A stretch of DNA of 63,702 bases, the filler included, from Octopus bimaculoides (Eukaryota), in the NCBI RefSeq assembly GCF_001194135.2. It is 6 parts of 5 records of this genome, joined end to end, with 100 filler letters (N's around TTAATTAATTAA, not from the genome) between each part and the next. Parts side by side here need not be neighbours in the genome. Positions count along the whole stretch, not along the records: positions 14,082 to 31,634 come from NC_068990.1; positions 31,735 to 37,883 come from NC_068984.1; positions 37,984 to 42,643 come from NC_068983.1; 3 more parts are not named here. The stretch is one strand, 5' to 3'. The translations under genes were made by a program, and so were the position numbers. Shown here piece after piece: positions 23,670-38,032 of the stretch. Each line of letters opens with the position of its first letter. Positions within the stretch are counted from its first letter, which is position 1. The notes below the pieces were generated by a model. It did not search any database. It saw only the letters and a program-made list of their open reading frames with translations, and was not told the DNA's origin.

Positions 23670-24100
23670 GAAGCGTGCTTAGGATTCTCTCTGTCTCTTT
23701 TTCTATCTCTCTGTCTGTCTCTCTCTCTCTTTTCCTATGTATGTATCTGTCTGTCTATCTTTACACCCTCCTTATTTCTATGTCATCTCACTCTCTTTCT
23801 CTCCTCTCTCTCTTTTTTCTTTCTCCTATTGTATCTATACATCTGTCAGTCTGTCTGTCTGTTTGCTTCTCTATCTATCCGTTTACCTACCTACCTATCT
23901 ATCTATCTATCTGTTTTCTGTCTGTTCGTATCTTACTCTCTTTCTCTCTCTGTTGCCTCATCCTCACTTTCCTTCTCTTTCCCTGCATTGACTCTCCCTT
24001 TGTCTGTCTTCTCTCTCTCGTTCACTCTCTTTGTCTCTCTCTGTATTGTCTGACTTACTGTTTCTCTTCCTCGCTCTATCACCACGTCTCTTTCTGTCCT
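23670..24100. repeat. CT-rich degenerate low-complexity tract
   Basis: Mixed (CT)n/(CTAT)n/(CTGT)n; the overlapping ORFs are artefacts. Confidence 0.9.
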
Positions 24101-24779
24101 CCAGTTCTGTTTTGTCGAATGCGTTTAAGTTTATAAACACTTGGAATCATTATTAAAGCAAGAGAGATACTCCTTTTGAGTGGATCTAACACACACACAC
24201 GCACACTCACACGCTCACACAACCATTCCTGAAGAACAGAGTCGAACGCGTTTTAGTGAGCAAAAAGAAAAGAAAAAACGTAATTTCTTAGGATATTTGT
24301 TTTGAATAAATTACAGCAAAAAGGGTATTTTTGTCCCATTCTTGTTATTTTTGAGTTTTTACTTTTTGTTTCAGAATTATAATTCGTTTTTAATGGTGAA
24401 ACTCGAAGTAGATAAAGTTACAAATAATGCGTGCAAAAATTTGGTTTAAAAACCCTTCAGATAGAAAAAAGTAGAAGGCGGCTCGTGGGATACGAACCCA
24501 CATCACTTGTAAGCTCCCAATTTTTTCTGTTCAAGGGTTTTTTTAAAAACCCTATCACCAACCTTATTTATAGCTTTATTTATTTCATTGTTAAAAACAG
24601 AATATTTTACGTTAATCCAAGTCTTTTAGTTTTTTTGTCTTCATTTTTATGTTTCAAAAGACCAAGATAATGATACTGTAAATATAGGCTTAACAGAAAT
24701 CTGAAACATTTTTCGTAAAATGTCAAAACTGAAAAATTACAAGAAAGCGGTGGGTGCACACTTGGCCATAATTCTTTTC

Positions 24780-25220
24780 TTTAGTGGGACTCCGGGACTC
24801 GTAACTACCGCATGTGCGGTCACCTGATCGTAGTCTTCGGCGGGGGGTCCATATGGCTCTGGTCCACCCGTTTCATCTCTCACTAGAAGTCTTCTTGGCC
24901 ATTAAAGTAGGGGAAGTCTCCCTCTTACTGATCTACTGGGAAAGAAGCAGCTAAGGTCGTGTTTGTGTAGGTAGTCTTTCTTACATGGAGGCGGCCCAGT
25001 TCCTTTGTGTCAACACCACAAAACTCTACGTTGTTCTCGCTAATCATTTTCCAAAGTAAAATCAACGTCAATGGATGGGTATAGAGACACGCCATGCATA
25101 CTGCCTATTTACATGCATCCTTGTTTTTGTAAATTGTGATTTACTATGTTCAAAACACACACCCGAAGAAATTAAGGTTTTGGGCACATTAGATACTTTT
25201 CCGACTCAATTCTTTAAGAA
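24780..25220 (-). mobile_element. Penelope-like RT fragment
   Basis: Minus-strand IGSMHGVSLYPSIDVDF (cf. SMDV.SLYPSI), followed with a frameshift by MISENNVEFCGVDTKELGR. Confidence 0.65.
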
Positions 25221-28200
25221 CATCGTGTGGGGGCGGGGGGTGGGAGAGAGAGAGAGAGAGAGAGAGAGTGTGTGTGTGTGTGTGTGTGAAAGCGAAAGAA
25301 AAATGAGAAGAGCTCAGTGATGGCACATCGAACAGACAACAACGAGGAGTAAATTTTGCTGTGCATAACGAATGAATTCAGCTCTTACAACAATGAATTA
25401 ACGACAGCAAAATCACCACCAACACTACTACTACTACTAAAAATAGCAGCAGCAACAACAATGACAATAACCATCTATAAACAACGAACCACCTGGTCAC
25501 TTCTCACATTGAAGGAAGACCTGGCCAAGCGGGCATCTTTGTCTTCTGCTCACAGACAACAACATTCCTGCAGAGTTTTCTTATTTTTTCTTCTATTTCT
25601 CTTCCTCTTCATACACTGTTAATTCATCCAATAATTCTTCATCTTTTTCTCCACAAAGTCTCCATTCCTTATCCAAAGCCTCTCTTTCAGACTCTAACTT
25701 TCACACTCACGTATTTATTATATACTTTTCCTTCCTTTCTTTTCGTCTCCAATTCGCCTTCTACATCGCATATGGCCACACACACACACACACAAACGTA
25801 CGTATGTACATACGTGTGTGTGTGTGTATGTTAAATGTCCACTTTTCCATGCTTGCGTGGATCAGACAGAGTTTATTGAGGCAAATTTTCTACGACCAGA
25901 TGCTTTTCTTGTCGTCAACTTTTGCCTGTGTAATCACTGTGAGATGATTAAAACTTCGCGAGAGAGTGTAAGATGCACCATAAAAATCAGCAGAAAGAAG
26001 AAAGTTATTTCTTAAAGATTTTACTTTCCTGTGAATTCAATGTAGGGGTCAATATAGAAAAGCTGTAGGAGTCGGCTGTTCTACAGGGGTGAGGGAGAAA
26101 ATAACAATGACTAGGCACGGTCCCAGGAATCTTTCGAAGGGAGTGTACAAGATCAGAAGGGAATACAATTCTGGGAGAAAAGGGCGTAATAACATTATTT
26201 AGAAGAGCGCACTTCTTTTCTTGAGGAGGGCACGTACTCCTTAGCCCCCCCCCCTCATTGGGTCCGCCCTGATGACAAAGCTAGTGCACCTTCGGTAATA
26301 ACTGCATCTGTTGCAGATGTTAGGAAGAGGCTGATTGCTTGAAAGAGAAAGACATGCCGCGTCTGTCCTTTAATATTCCGAGAGGGTTTGTATTTATATG
26401 AAGAGCTGAATGCAGGTCGGAGAACAATAGGAAGCAGAAATTAGCTTGTCTTTGTTAACATGTATTTTAACCTAAGAATGTTCCCTAAAATAATACAGCT
26501 TATCTAAGTTTGACAGTTGATCCTCAAGTATTTCAAAGTGATAATACCGAAAACAATGAAAAGGATTTGGTAGAAAAATCGAGGCTAGGGTTTCGATTCC
26601 TGGCTAAGAATCCAGGAAACGATTTGTTTCATCTATTTTCATGCAAGGTTATATGTGTGAGCGTTTTTTGGCATCGACTTGACTAAGTCGTAGGTGCATC
26701 GGAGAGATTTTGTTTTAATCGTGCCAATCCTCTTCGCTTCCGGATCAAATCTCACCAAGATTAACTTTGTTTTACATCCTATTGGGCTCAATAAAGTACC
26801 AGTCTTGTACTCCTCATCTCCTCCTTTTTTCGTTCCTTCCTATATTTTCTCTTTCCAGAAGAAATTGTCTATGGTCAGACTGGGAAAAGAATGGGTTCAG
26901 CCAAGTATAAAAGTACCCACGACACCCCATATGTCACGCCGCCGTTCCTACGACTCCATCAGTTGTTCGTTTATCAATTCATTCATCATGGCTCCCTATC
27001 CCTTTTGTGTCCTACCATTGTTTCTCCTTCACACTCAGTAGTGTTGCATACAACTGAAAAACCAACTCAATCAATGTGTAACTCCAGGACAGCCCAGATC
27101 GGACAAACATACTTTATGTATTGTGTTGATCAAACGATAAGCTGAGATTCCCAGATGGAAATTTAGCGTGTAAATCTGAACATTTTGTACTACTTCCATT
27201 GACCAGTAAAAGATTCTAAAGATTGTCCCGTTCGTGGAAAGGCTCAATAGATTTGATTAGGGCAATGTTTCTGAACCTGAGTAGTAGCGCCCTTAGAAGA
27301 GAGGAGTAATAAGGCCAAATGCATCATAGGGTTAGATGAAGGGAGAGGCGAAGAGCGAGAGAAAAAGACGGTGAGAGAAAAGTGGGAAAGAGAAGTGCTA
27401 ATGACGTGCTGTAGGGTGGGGAGGGAAAGAGAGAAATGTTAAATATATCCAAAGGGATTTTAGAAATACAGGAATAACATTGACTTTTTGGACAGTGATG
27501 GTCCGGAAGTTCTTATAATCCACAGTAACTTCTGGGAGTAAAAACTTCGAATTCTTGCAGTCGTCAGGTTAGTTTACTGGGCGGCCCTGTTTCATAGTAT
27601 CTTGCACAGTGCAGTATTGATAAACTTGTGTCTATTATACTAATGTATAAGTATTCGTATTTCATTTTTATTAATTAAGTTAAATTAATATTTATTTAAT
27701 TTAGAGGTGACTATTCCCAGTTTGGAAAAATCAATAAGCCAGACAAGTTTTGGAACCAAAGATTCCGGTAAATATCGATCTTATTACCTGTGCGAACTTA
27801 CGTTTGCTACAATTGACAACCCACAAACTGATATATTTCAAATGGTTCACGGCAGTTTTGTAGTTCAGCGCAAAGATCTCTACAAACGTTCCCTCTGATT
27901 TTGGAACTCCTCCTCACCTCAATAAAAATAATTAACAGAAAGACAAGCAGAAGTGAAATTTTCACAGATTTATTATCCATATATTCGTAGACAAGGTGCA
28001 AAAAGTTTTAAAAAGGCAACAAGAACAAAAAGAAGAGACCATTTTCACTATTCTTGAATACATGTTTTAACAACAAATGCACTCTATGCACCAATGTTAA
28101 TAAATGGAAAGAAAAAAAAAAACGATAAAATACTAGCTACATGAAAACATCGTTACCACCTGCACAAAATTAATTAGCGGCAGAAAAATTACTCGAAAGC

Positions 28201-28404
28201 TTTTTTGCTGTACCCTGTACTATCCCATCCAACGTATATTTCTTTTTAAAGATTAATGCCCTCCATTTTAAATTCGTAAACAAATGAGTGAATAAAGTAA
28301 GGACATATAATAATTATTTCTAATTTTTGGCTGAAGGCCAGCTATTTATTTTGAGCGTAATCAGAAGAAAGTCCACAAAGCATTTTGTCCAATATGCTAA
28401 CGAT

Positions 28405-28655
28405 TCTGTCAGCACGCTGCCTTCAGGACTCGCATAATACTTCTTGCTCTTAGTGGCACAAAACCGGCAATTTGGGGGTGGAGGTGGGGAGCTAGTCGAT
28501 TACCTCGACACCACTGCTTGACTGGTATTTTTTTTTTTATCGATCCTGAAAGGATAAGAGGCAAAGTCAGCCTCAGTGGAATTTGAATTGGGACAGAATA
28601 AATACCGCCAAGCATTTTGTCCAACACACCAACGATTCTGCCAACTCGCTTCCTT
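28405..28655 (-). mobile_element. Two partially overlapping Meta-like SINE fragments
   Basis: AAGCATTTTGTCCAA...AACGATTCTG occurs twice (28378-28410 and 28609-28640); central ATCGATCCTGAAAGGATAAGAGGCAAAGTC. Confidence 0.7.
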
Positions 28656-29227
28656 AAGGACTTAAGTAATAAAGTTATACCAGGCCTTTGCACACCATCA
28701 GCCTTGATTCTGCTTCCTGAAAACAAAATGTCCTTTTCATATACTAAATCCTAAGAAACGATTCTTTTGACAACGTTTTTCAATTATAAATATTATATCT
28801 GGTTTAACAATTCTATTCTTAAGGAAAATCACGACCCCTTTAAAAAATGAGTCCCTCCCACTATAGCGCCTTCCTGACACTTGTTCTTCCTTGTGATCTC
28901 ACAAGCGTCCCATAGGATAGCACTTGACGCAATCAAAATATGGGAGAACGAGAAAAAAATATTATGAGTACTTGCTGTTGTTTTTATTGCCGCTGCCCCC
29001 GCTGTTTACTTCCTGGTCAGCTCTGACTGAGCAGACGTGATCATCTTGTGCTCAATATAATATATCTAAAACTACCTTCACCCAGACATACGCTTCCTTC
29101 TTTTTTGTTCGACAAACTGTTGTGATTTGAGGGAGAGCTGACTGTTATTACTGGCAGGCATACCCCCTCTCCTCACGCCACTTTTTGGCTCGTTTCAGAT
29201 AGTGACAATCTTTCATGGTGACAATCT

Positions 29228-29760
29228 TTCGTTATGACTCGCAGAACTGTCATTGGATCAGCTGGTTGGATCAGCTGGTTGTTGGCTAATTTCTGTAAAA
29301 AACATTTGTTATTTATTTACTTTTGTTTTTATGACGTGTGAAAGACGACATTTGCTTTGAAGTGAGAGAGGATAAAGTGAAAGGTGTATGTACGTGTATA
29401 TGAAATGGGCATGTAAGAGAGGGAGTGAGTGAGTGAAGGTGTGTGTGTGTGTTTCTGTCTCTCACACACACAGACACTTCCATTTCATATACACGTACAT
29501 ACATACACACGTCATGACAACACACACCTTCACTTACTCAATCACTCATTCTCCCCCCCCCCTCTCTCTCTCACACACACACACGTATATACATATTTCA
29601 CTTTATCCTCTCTTTCACTTTCTGCTCTCACTCCAAATCAAATGTTGCCTTCCACATGTCAGAAACAAAAATAAATTTTTTTTTTTTTTTTTTTTGCGGA
29701 AATTAAAGAAAAACCAACTGATCCAACTGATACAATGACAGTTCTGCGAGTCATAACGAA
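29228..29760. mobile_element. Foldback (whole-element imperfect palindrome), MITE-like
   Basis: TTCGTTATGACTCGCAGAACTGTCATTG pairs with CAATGACAGTTCTGCGAGTCATAACGAA; inner arms GAGAGAGGATAAAGTGAAA / TTTCACTTTATCCTCTCT. Confidence 0.85.
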
Positions 29761-30479
29761 CTCCAATTTGGATTCTGTTCGTGGGATCATTGTCCACGTA
29801 GAGGGTCTCTCGCTGTTGCTTAACTTCAGGTTAGACCTGATCAAGCAGTCATAAGATTAAAGGCATTCCAACCATGACTAACCTGTTTTTTTTTTTAACC
29901 TAATAGAGTCCCAGATATTGTGTAGAGGATATCTAGGATCATATTATTCGTTGGCTTTTTTCTAAGACGGCGAGTTGTGATTTGAGAGAAATTTAGCTGT
30001 TATTTCTAGTATGCCAACCGACTACTTAGAGCAATTGCCATTGAGTCCAGTGGCACACTAATCTAAATTCAGAACAAGTAGTGAAGAGTAGCTGAGGTTT
30101 TACTTCTTTAACAAAGACAGAGAACAACAACAACGATATGACACACGTGTTTTTAAAGCGTTTTATTGTTGTGCATTCGAATGTGGAGACCAGGTGAGTT
30201 GGTAGGTCATGAATATGTCTGTAAATTGGGCTGTATTAGTCACTCCTGGCTTGGCACAAGTGAAATACGCTAGAAGCCATCCATATATATATAGATGGCT
30301 TATTTTCTTGTCAATTTTATACCCATACCCAGTTCTGTTAAATTCACTTGTAAGGGGTATTAGGGCTATGCAAAAATGAGAGGTGAAAGTGAGTCACCTT
30401 ATAAAAAGCCACAGTTGATATTAATATTGTTTGAAGTCAGTAGTCCATTAGAGTGGTATAATTGTTGATTCTTATCTCA

Positions 30480-31063
30480 CACTGACATGCTGTGCTTCAG
30501 GAAGTTTGAAATCGTTGTTTTCCTCTGCTCTAATGCTGTGTTCGCATCCAATCAATCCTCTTCCCCCCTCTTTTTCTTGGTACATACAGTCTGTCTGTGT
30601 CACTTTTTGGGTGGGGTATCCCATATCCAGTCAGCACTTTCCTTGTCTTTCTGTCTAAGCTGTTTAGTTCGTCTACTGTCCATGCGATTACCCCTGCTCC
30701 ATATCTAAGGAGTGAAACCGGCCAGGTGTTGATAGCTTTGTTCTTATTCCGTCCGTTTAACTTTGACTAAAAGACCAGTCTCAGCCTGCGCAAGTACTCC
30801 ACCTTAAATTTTCCTGTCATTTCTTTCTCCATCAATTTATCCATTTCCAAAATCCCCAAGTACTTATAGCCCGTCTCTTCTATTTGCCTCATAACCTCTC
30901 CCGACGGTATCGCTAGCCCGTCCATACATTTAATTTTGTCTCTCTTCAAGACTAACACACCACATTTCTTCAGTCCGAACTCCATTCTGACATCAGCACT
31001 GAAAGTATACACCGTATCAATGAGGGAACTGACGAAGAGTGCATTGTCAGAGCTAAGGCCCAT
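30480..31063 (-). mobile_element. R4/Dong-like (RLE) LINE RT fragment
   Basis: FSADVRMEFGLKKCGVL..KR, YKYLGILE, EYLRRLRLV, KSKLNGRNK..AINTW, DRKTRK, PKSDTDRLYVPRKRGGRGL. Confidence 0.88.
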
Positions 31064-31069
31064 GCGCTA

Positions 31070-31634
31070 AAACACAAAGGAATTAAAGCCGTCCGATGGA
31101 CCTGAACGGTAGAAACGCGACATAGAAACAAAACAACGATCAAGTCTTTGACGGATCAGGACGGGCGCGTGCCACACAGTTCTGAGCAGATGTGTGCGGT
31201 TTTCCAGCAGCACTTTGCGGGGCTGTTTTGGGAGCATGTTGGGTCGACGACGGTAGCAGACTTTGCTTCGTATCTGGACGGTTTACCACGGCTCTCGGTA
31301 ACGGACGCTCGATTCTGTGAGAAGCCGATTGCAGCCACTGAAATACGGGAGGTGAAGAGTGATTGCACAAATCACAAATCGCCCGGTTTGAATGGTCTGC
31401 TCTACGAATTCTATGTATTCGTGCCAAATTTGTTTGACAGCCGCTTGGCAGACGTCTACAGTAACTGGCAGGAAAACGGGAGAATTCCTGTGTTGTTAGC
31501 TGGGGTGTGGTAACTCAGCTGAGAAAGGATGTCGACAATGGGAACGTGCTAGGGATCTTTTTTAAAACGAAAAATGTGGCCCCTGTTTTAAAAAAGATCC
31601 CGTGCTAGGGAATTTTCGGCCCATAACTCTGCCA
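31070..31634 (+). mobile_element. Tx1-clade LINE ORF2 fragment
   Basis: QMCAVFQQHFAGLF, LDGLPRLS..DARFCEKPI, KSPGLNGLLYEFY, NFRPITL; homologous to 7000-7430. Confidence 0.85.
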
Positions 31635-32656
31635 NNNNNNNNNNNNNNNNNNNNNNNNNNNNNNNNNNNNNNNNNNNNTTAATTAATTAANNNNNNNNNN
31701 NNNNNNNNNNNNNNNNNNNNNNNNNNNNNNNNNNATTCAATTCATCTTCATAATTTCAAAAGCGTTAAGTTTTTTTTATTTTTCGTAAGTAGGATATAAA
31801 GTAATCATAATTTCTTAAAATTTAATCGATAAAATTTTAATTGAAAATCTAAAATTCATGTCTGTGACCAATGATTTAGACATAACAACTAGGATGCAAG
31901 GTCAATGAAGGCACGGCGTTTATCGATGAGCTCCAGGACCACAATCCGTGACAAATTGACACCTCCGTCAACAGTCCGTCTCTTTTTGAGTATTGCGATG
32001 TTTGAATCCACTTTACTCAACATGTCCTACTCTTTTCCAAATACCAGCCTAAACTGTAAAGATTTCACTGCTATTTCTAGCAGATCTAGTGTCTGTCTTT
32101 TAGTGTTTTTTCGTTGTTTCGTGGCCATCAAAGTTTTATTTTTTATTTTATTTTATTCCATAAAAGTAAAAGAAATTCGTTTCTCAAGATAATAGGTCCG
32201 ATAATGAATGGAGGTGGTTATACTATTTTGCTTACTTTATTTTATTTTGTAAAAAAACATAAAAATGAAAACCCATTTATGAGCTAGGTTGTGATGAACA
32301 TTTTGTTTCCTTTTGGTTAATCGACCTGGCATACAATTGTGCGAATTTATTTTGCTATAAAATGAATACTAAATACTTTACAGAAGTTGAGAGAAACAAT
32401 ATATACAAACAACCGGTTGCGAGATATTTAATGGAATTCAGACAATTTTTTTTCTCCATTTTATAAGGGATGCCCCAACAAGAGACACTCTTGTTCGACA
32501 TGCTAGAGATAGCAGCTAAATCTCTCTTAAATCAACACTGTTTTCAAAAACCAAACATTTGAAATAATGGAATCTTTGTAACACAATATATCTGGGACAT
32601 AAAAAAACTCAAAACAAAATTACTGTGGATAATTTGTTAAATACACGTTACTTAAA

Positions 32657-32723
<67 letters not shown>

Positions 32724-34124
32724 GGTGGGGTGGACCTGACTGAAACAATTTTGATCATAGGTCTTATCAGTTAAGGCTAACCTAGGGTTAAATAAACAAC
32801 AACATTATAATTTGAAAGTCTGTAAGATTTCCATATCTGTTACCTATTGTTGATTGTTTAAACTATTTGCACTACTTAAATTACGCAAGAAAAAGCCTTC
32901 AATGGAATTGAACTCAACACTAAGACTTTATAATGTTATGCATTTTCTGCACCACAACACGGGTTTACATTAAGGGCCCAAACTAACGAAGGAGTCTCTA
33001 TGTAATCGCTTAGCCGTTAGAAATGACAGTCAAATGACCGAGCTAGACTAAAGGGAGAGTCTATGTGATTACTTAAGCATGTTAGAAATGGCAGTCAAAT
33101 TACTCTCAGATTACACCCTATCATCTTAGAAAATGTAACAGCTGCGATAAGATGTGAATGAGATGGGGCGTAATGATTTTGTTCATGGATCGACTCGATC
33201 AGAGTTAACCAGGGACTAAACAACTTCACCAAAGACCATATATTGTTATCTAATTTTTCACTTAGTGGTATAAGACTCAAAACAAAGACTCAAAACGAGA
33301 TTGTGCGTCACTCAGAGGAAGCAGTATAATAAAATGAAATTGATGCACCCGGGATTAGAAACCGCGGGACAAACTCCATTAGTACCATGTCATACTTCTA
33401 CTCACAATGTTCGTCGGTTAATTACAGTATAAATTAGACTTTATTAGCCAGCTAAACACTGCGAGGGTATCTAGCTTATTATACTGTATATATGTGGATA
33501 TTTATTGTCGAGTAAAGAGGGAGTCAATGTTCGTTCGACCGGCTATAAGTAGCAACCAAATAGCTTTAATAACTGACAAAGTACGGAAAGGATACGCTAG
33601 ATAATATAGTTCTAGAAAGCGCTGGATGTAGATAATGCTTTCACGGACCCACTAACAAATTCTCTGTGACTACTAGAGGAAATTCCTTAATCATTATATT
33701 CGTCTGTATTTAGGAGTGGAAGTAAAAAAAAAAATCACTATCAACCATAAAACTTGCTTACAAGGAAGGGTCCACGTGGTTGTTAGACCTGCTAGAAATA
33801 GATGCCAAACCTCCTTTAACACTATTTCGCCTTGAAAATGAAAGATGCATTGCATAATGTAATACTAAAATATATTATGTAATGTTATTACATAAAGTAG
33901 TCACTGTATAATGCATTACAAAAATACACGGAATGTCGCGGCTGGAACGCTTTTCAAATGTCTGCTCACTGAGAGCCAGACTAGGGCTAAATAATAATAA
34001 AACAACTGACTTAGTAAATTGACAAAATAATTCGGTTTCGATTCCCAGGTTATTATAGTTATTTTATTTTACGTAACACATTACGCACATTTCTTGACGT
34101 CTGTGTAAGCGCGTGTTTCTGTGT

Positions 34125-34340
34125 ATCTTTTATCCGTTACTTGCTTCAGTGATAGGACTGCGGCCTTGCTGGGGCACCACCTTGAAGGATTTTTAGTTGA
34201 ACGAATAGATGCCAGTACCAATTTATTTAAGCCTCATACTGATTCTTACCAGTGTCATATGCTCAATCGCTAAGTTACAAGGACGTAAACAAACCAGCAT
34301 CGGTAATCAAGCGATGGTGGGGGACAAACACACATACGCG
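34125..34340 (-). mobile_element. CORE-like SINE 3' fragment
   Basis: TACTTGCTTCAGTGATAGGACTGCGGCCTTGCTGGGGCACC...GGGGACAAACACA. Confidence 0.7.
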
Positions 34341-36229
34341 CGTGCGTGCACATTAGGCATAACTACAGGCTAGTGTCCCCCCACTTGCATATTTCTTTCC
34401 GTAAAACGCATATTTTTTAATGAAATTTTGTTGAGATACATTTTCGAGAGTATAGATTACAATTATGATAATTAATTTAAAAAATTCTTTTCATAAAGAT
34501 TTGGATCGCTCTTCCCCCATCCCACAAACTTCCGAATTTAATTTCTAACTCGCTTTAAGAATGCATATTTTAAAATGAAATTTTGCACAGAAACATGTTC
34601 GAGAATATAAACTACGATTTTGTTGCTGAAATTAACTAAGTATTTTTCGAACGTGTTTGGGATTGTTCTTCTCCACCCCTACCCACCCCCAACACCGTTC
34701 ATCTGTTTCCTTTTAGCAGATATACACTTTTGATAATATCGATTATATAATGTTGATGCTTCAGACTTGCAAATCTGAAAACATAACCAATGATAATTAA
34801 AGATATTAGTGGTAACAAGACACGTAAGACAGATTCGCAATTCCTCTAAAAAAAAAAAAAAAAAAAAGAAAGAAAGAAAGAAAAGAAAAAAAATTTCAAA
34901 ATTTTATCAACATAAATGTAATTTATATCCTTGAAAATGTATTTCTATTAAATGCCATCTATAAATTTTACATTTTTCATAAAGATATGAGGAAGTGAAG
35001 TCGGGATGGGCCACCAATCTGTCGTTTACACACACGCACACGGAGACATGCTTCTATACACATATACCTATATACATACATATATTCACAGAAATAGAAA
35101 ACGAAAAGCATTTGCAAAGTAAAAACATGTTATTCGAACTGGAAAGTTCAGTACCACCCATATGGATAGCATAATGAAGGGGAGGATGTTAGTCAGTTAT
35201 ATTTCCTCCTGATCACGTCACCAGTAATTTATTTATCGACCAAGGAAGGAAGGTGAGTTTGAACACAGAGCGTGGAGGGCCGGTACAAATGCTATCAGGC
35301 AATTTCTCCGACGCTCTAATGATTATGAAAAACACCCATCAAAAACTTAGGTACACATACGTGAAAATTATGTCAGGAGGTGTGAGAGGTAAACAGATTT
35401 ACTTTGTCACATGACGTATGATTACGGTTGTTTCACAAACTTCTTCACTTAGTATTAATTTCAGTATACAGGTACTCTGTGAATCCATATTTCATACATC
35501 TCAGGGTAACATATACATGTCAAGGTATGCGTATATGGATATATATACATATTGATTTATATTTATATGTAGACATACTTGTGTGTGTATGTATCTCAGC
35601 ATATGAATATATGCCTAGAGGAATATCCTTATATATATAATTTATACATAGCCATACATATAGATTTATACATACATAGCCATGTATATGTGTATATATA
35701 GATATATAACATACCTTTAATATTTACTTGTATGTATAATTCCCATATACATAAATATATGTTGATGTATATACATACATTATTATGTATAAATATCCAT
35801 AAAAAATACATACATAAATATTTAGATATTCGAATGTGTCAATATACACATTAACTATATATTTGTTTGTATGTATTTATTTATATTAATAGATGTGTTT
35901 GCATGTACATATATTTATTTATATTTTCATATACACATATATGATTTCACATATAGAAATATAATCAACTATTTTTATTCTTTAGTCAGATGGAGGGACC
36001 GTGATTTAGACGTTGAGAATATGAGGAAGGAATGTTTCCTTCAACGCAGAACCTAGCTCGAGTGCTTGGAACACAACGGTCTCCGCGAAAGGAATACAAG
36101 ACTGGTGACCAAATTGGGGAGAACGCGGTGGCTTTTGAACTCAGAGCGATTAAATCTAGAATAAATATTGCATGAAATTCTTTCCGAAGAATTACTCAGA
36201 ATAATGTGGGCGCCTATGAATGTAGATCT

Positions 36230-37880
36230 ATATGTACATTATATATATATTATATAATTTATTTGATATTATATAAATAATATTATATAAATATTATATA
36301 TAAAAAATATTATATATTATATATATAGACTTATAATATTATATATATTATATAATATATATTATATATAAAATTACATTATATATATAATATATATATT
36401 GTACATAATATTATATATATAATATATATAGTACATAATATTATATATATAATATATATATATATAGTATATATAAATATTATATATATATATTGCATAT
36501 ATATATATTATATATATATATATATATTGTATATATTATATATCAAATATATATTGTATATATATATATATGTTATATATATTGTATATCATATAATAAA
36601 TATATATTGTATATATATATATATTATATATATATATTGTATATATTACATATTGAATATATATATTGTATATATTATATATTGAATATATATTGTATAT
36701 ATTATATATATCATTATATAGATATATATATTATATTATATACATGCATATATAATATCATCATCATCGTTTAACGTCCGCTTTCTACGCTGGCATGGGT
36801 TGGACGATTTGACTGAGGACCGGTGAACTAGATGGCTACACCAGGCTCCAATCTGATTTGTCAGAGTTTCTACAGCTAGATGTCCTTCCTAACACCAACC
36901 ACTCTGAGAGTGTAGTGGGTGCTTTTACGTGCCACCGGCACAAGGGCAGTTAGGCGGTACTGGCAACGACCACGCTCAAAAGGGTGTATTTTACGTGCCA
37001 CCTGCACAGGAGCCAGTCCAGCGGCACTGGCAACGGTCTCGCTCGGTCGTGTTGTATATATATATATTATGTAATGTTATATATATATTTAAATATATTG
37101 TAGGTCATGTTATATATATATATGTATTATACATATACACTATAAATTATATATATATCTTATATATAAATTATATATAAATAATATATATAATATTGTA
37201 TATATATTATATATTATATTATTTATATAATATGATATATATATTATATATATATAATATATATTTAGTATTATATTCGCCATAATAGATCACGAGTCCC
37301 TACACATTCTTTATTTTCTCTCCTTGCTTCTATGTGTGGAAGAGCGCTGACTCGAAACGTTAAAGACTTTTTCACTTCCCGAGCATTAAACTAATGCATC
37401 TGTTTGTTGTCTATACCACTTGTCTTCGACTTTCGTTTTTTCGTGAATTCTCTCCTTATATATAATATTATATATATAATATTATTTATATAATATTATA
37501 TATAATATTATATATGTTAGATATATATGATATTATATATATTATATATATAACATTTTATATATACTATATGTATATAATATACATATTATGTATATAT
37601 TATATATATAACATTATATATATACTATATGTATATAATATACATATTATATATATATTATATATATATATAATATATATATACTATAAATATATAATAT
37701 TTATATTATATTTATATATATTTATATATTATACATGTATTATTACACTTATATATTATATATATATATATATTATATATATATTATATATAATATATAT
37801 AATATATATATTATATATAATATATATATAATATATAAATATATAATATATATAAGTGTAATAATACATGTATAATATAT
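36230..37880. repeat. Degenerate (TA)-rich tracts interrupted by a (GAT)-tail SINE (36765-37045, minus) and a PLE-end-like fragment (37305-37460)
   Basis: Direct observation; the SINE is homologous to 579-805. Confidence 0.85.
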
Positions 37881-37983
37881 TATNNNNNNNNNNNNNNNNN
37901 NNNNNNNNNNNNNNNNNNNNNNNNNNNTTAATTAATTAANNNNNNNNNNNNNNNNNNNNNNNNNNNNNNNNNNNNNNNNNNNN

Positions 37984-38032
<49 letters not shown>

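Noticed and set aside
24465-24505. tRNA-like B box on the minus strand (GGGTTCGTATCCCAC)
   Set aside because: No cloverleaf or A box at suitable spacing.
26690-27150. TATAAAAG-containing LTR-like stretch
   Set aside because: No TG...CA ends, TSD or second copy found.
27695-27898. Short ORF after a possible splice acceptor
   Set aside because: No identifiable domain; possibly a decayed transposon.
31880-32100. Cys-containing minus-strand frame (RCQFVTDCGPGAH)
   Set aside because: Multiple stops and no family I can name.
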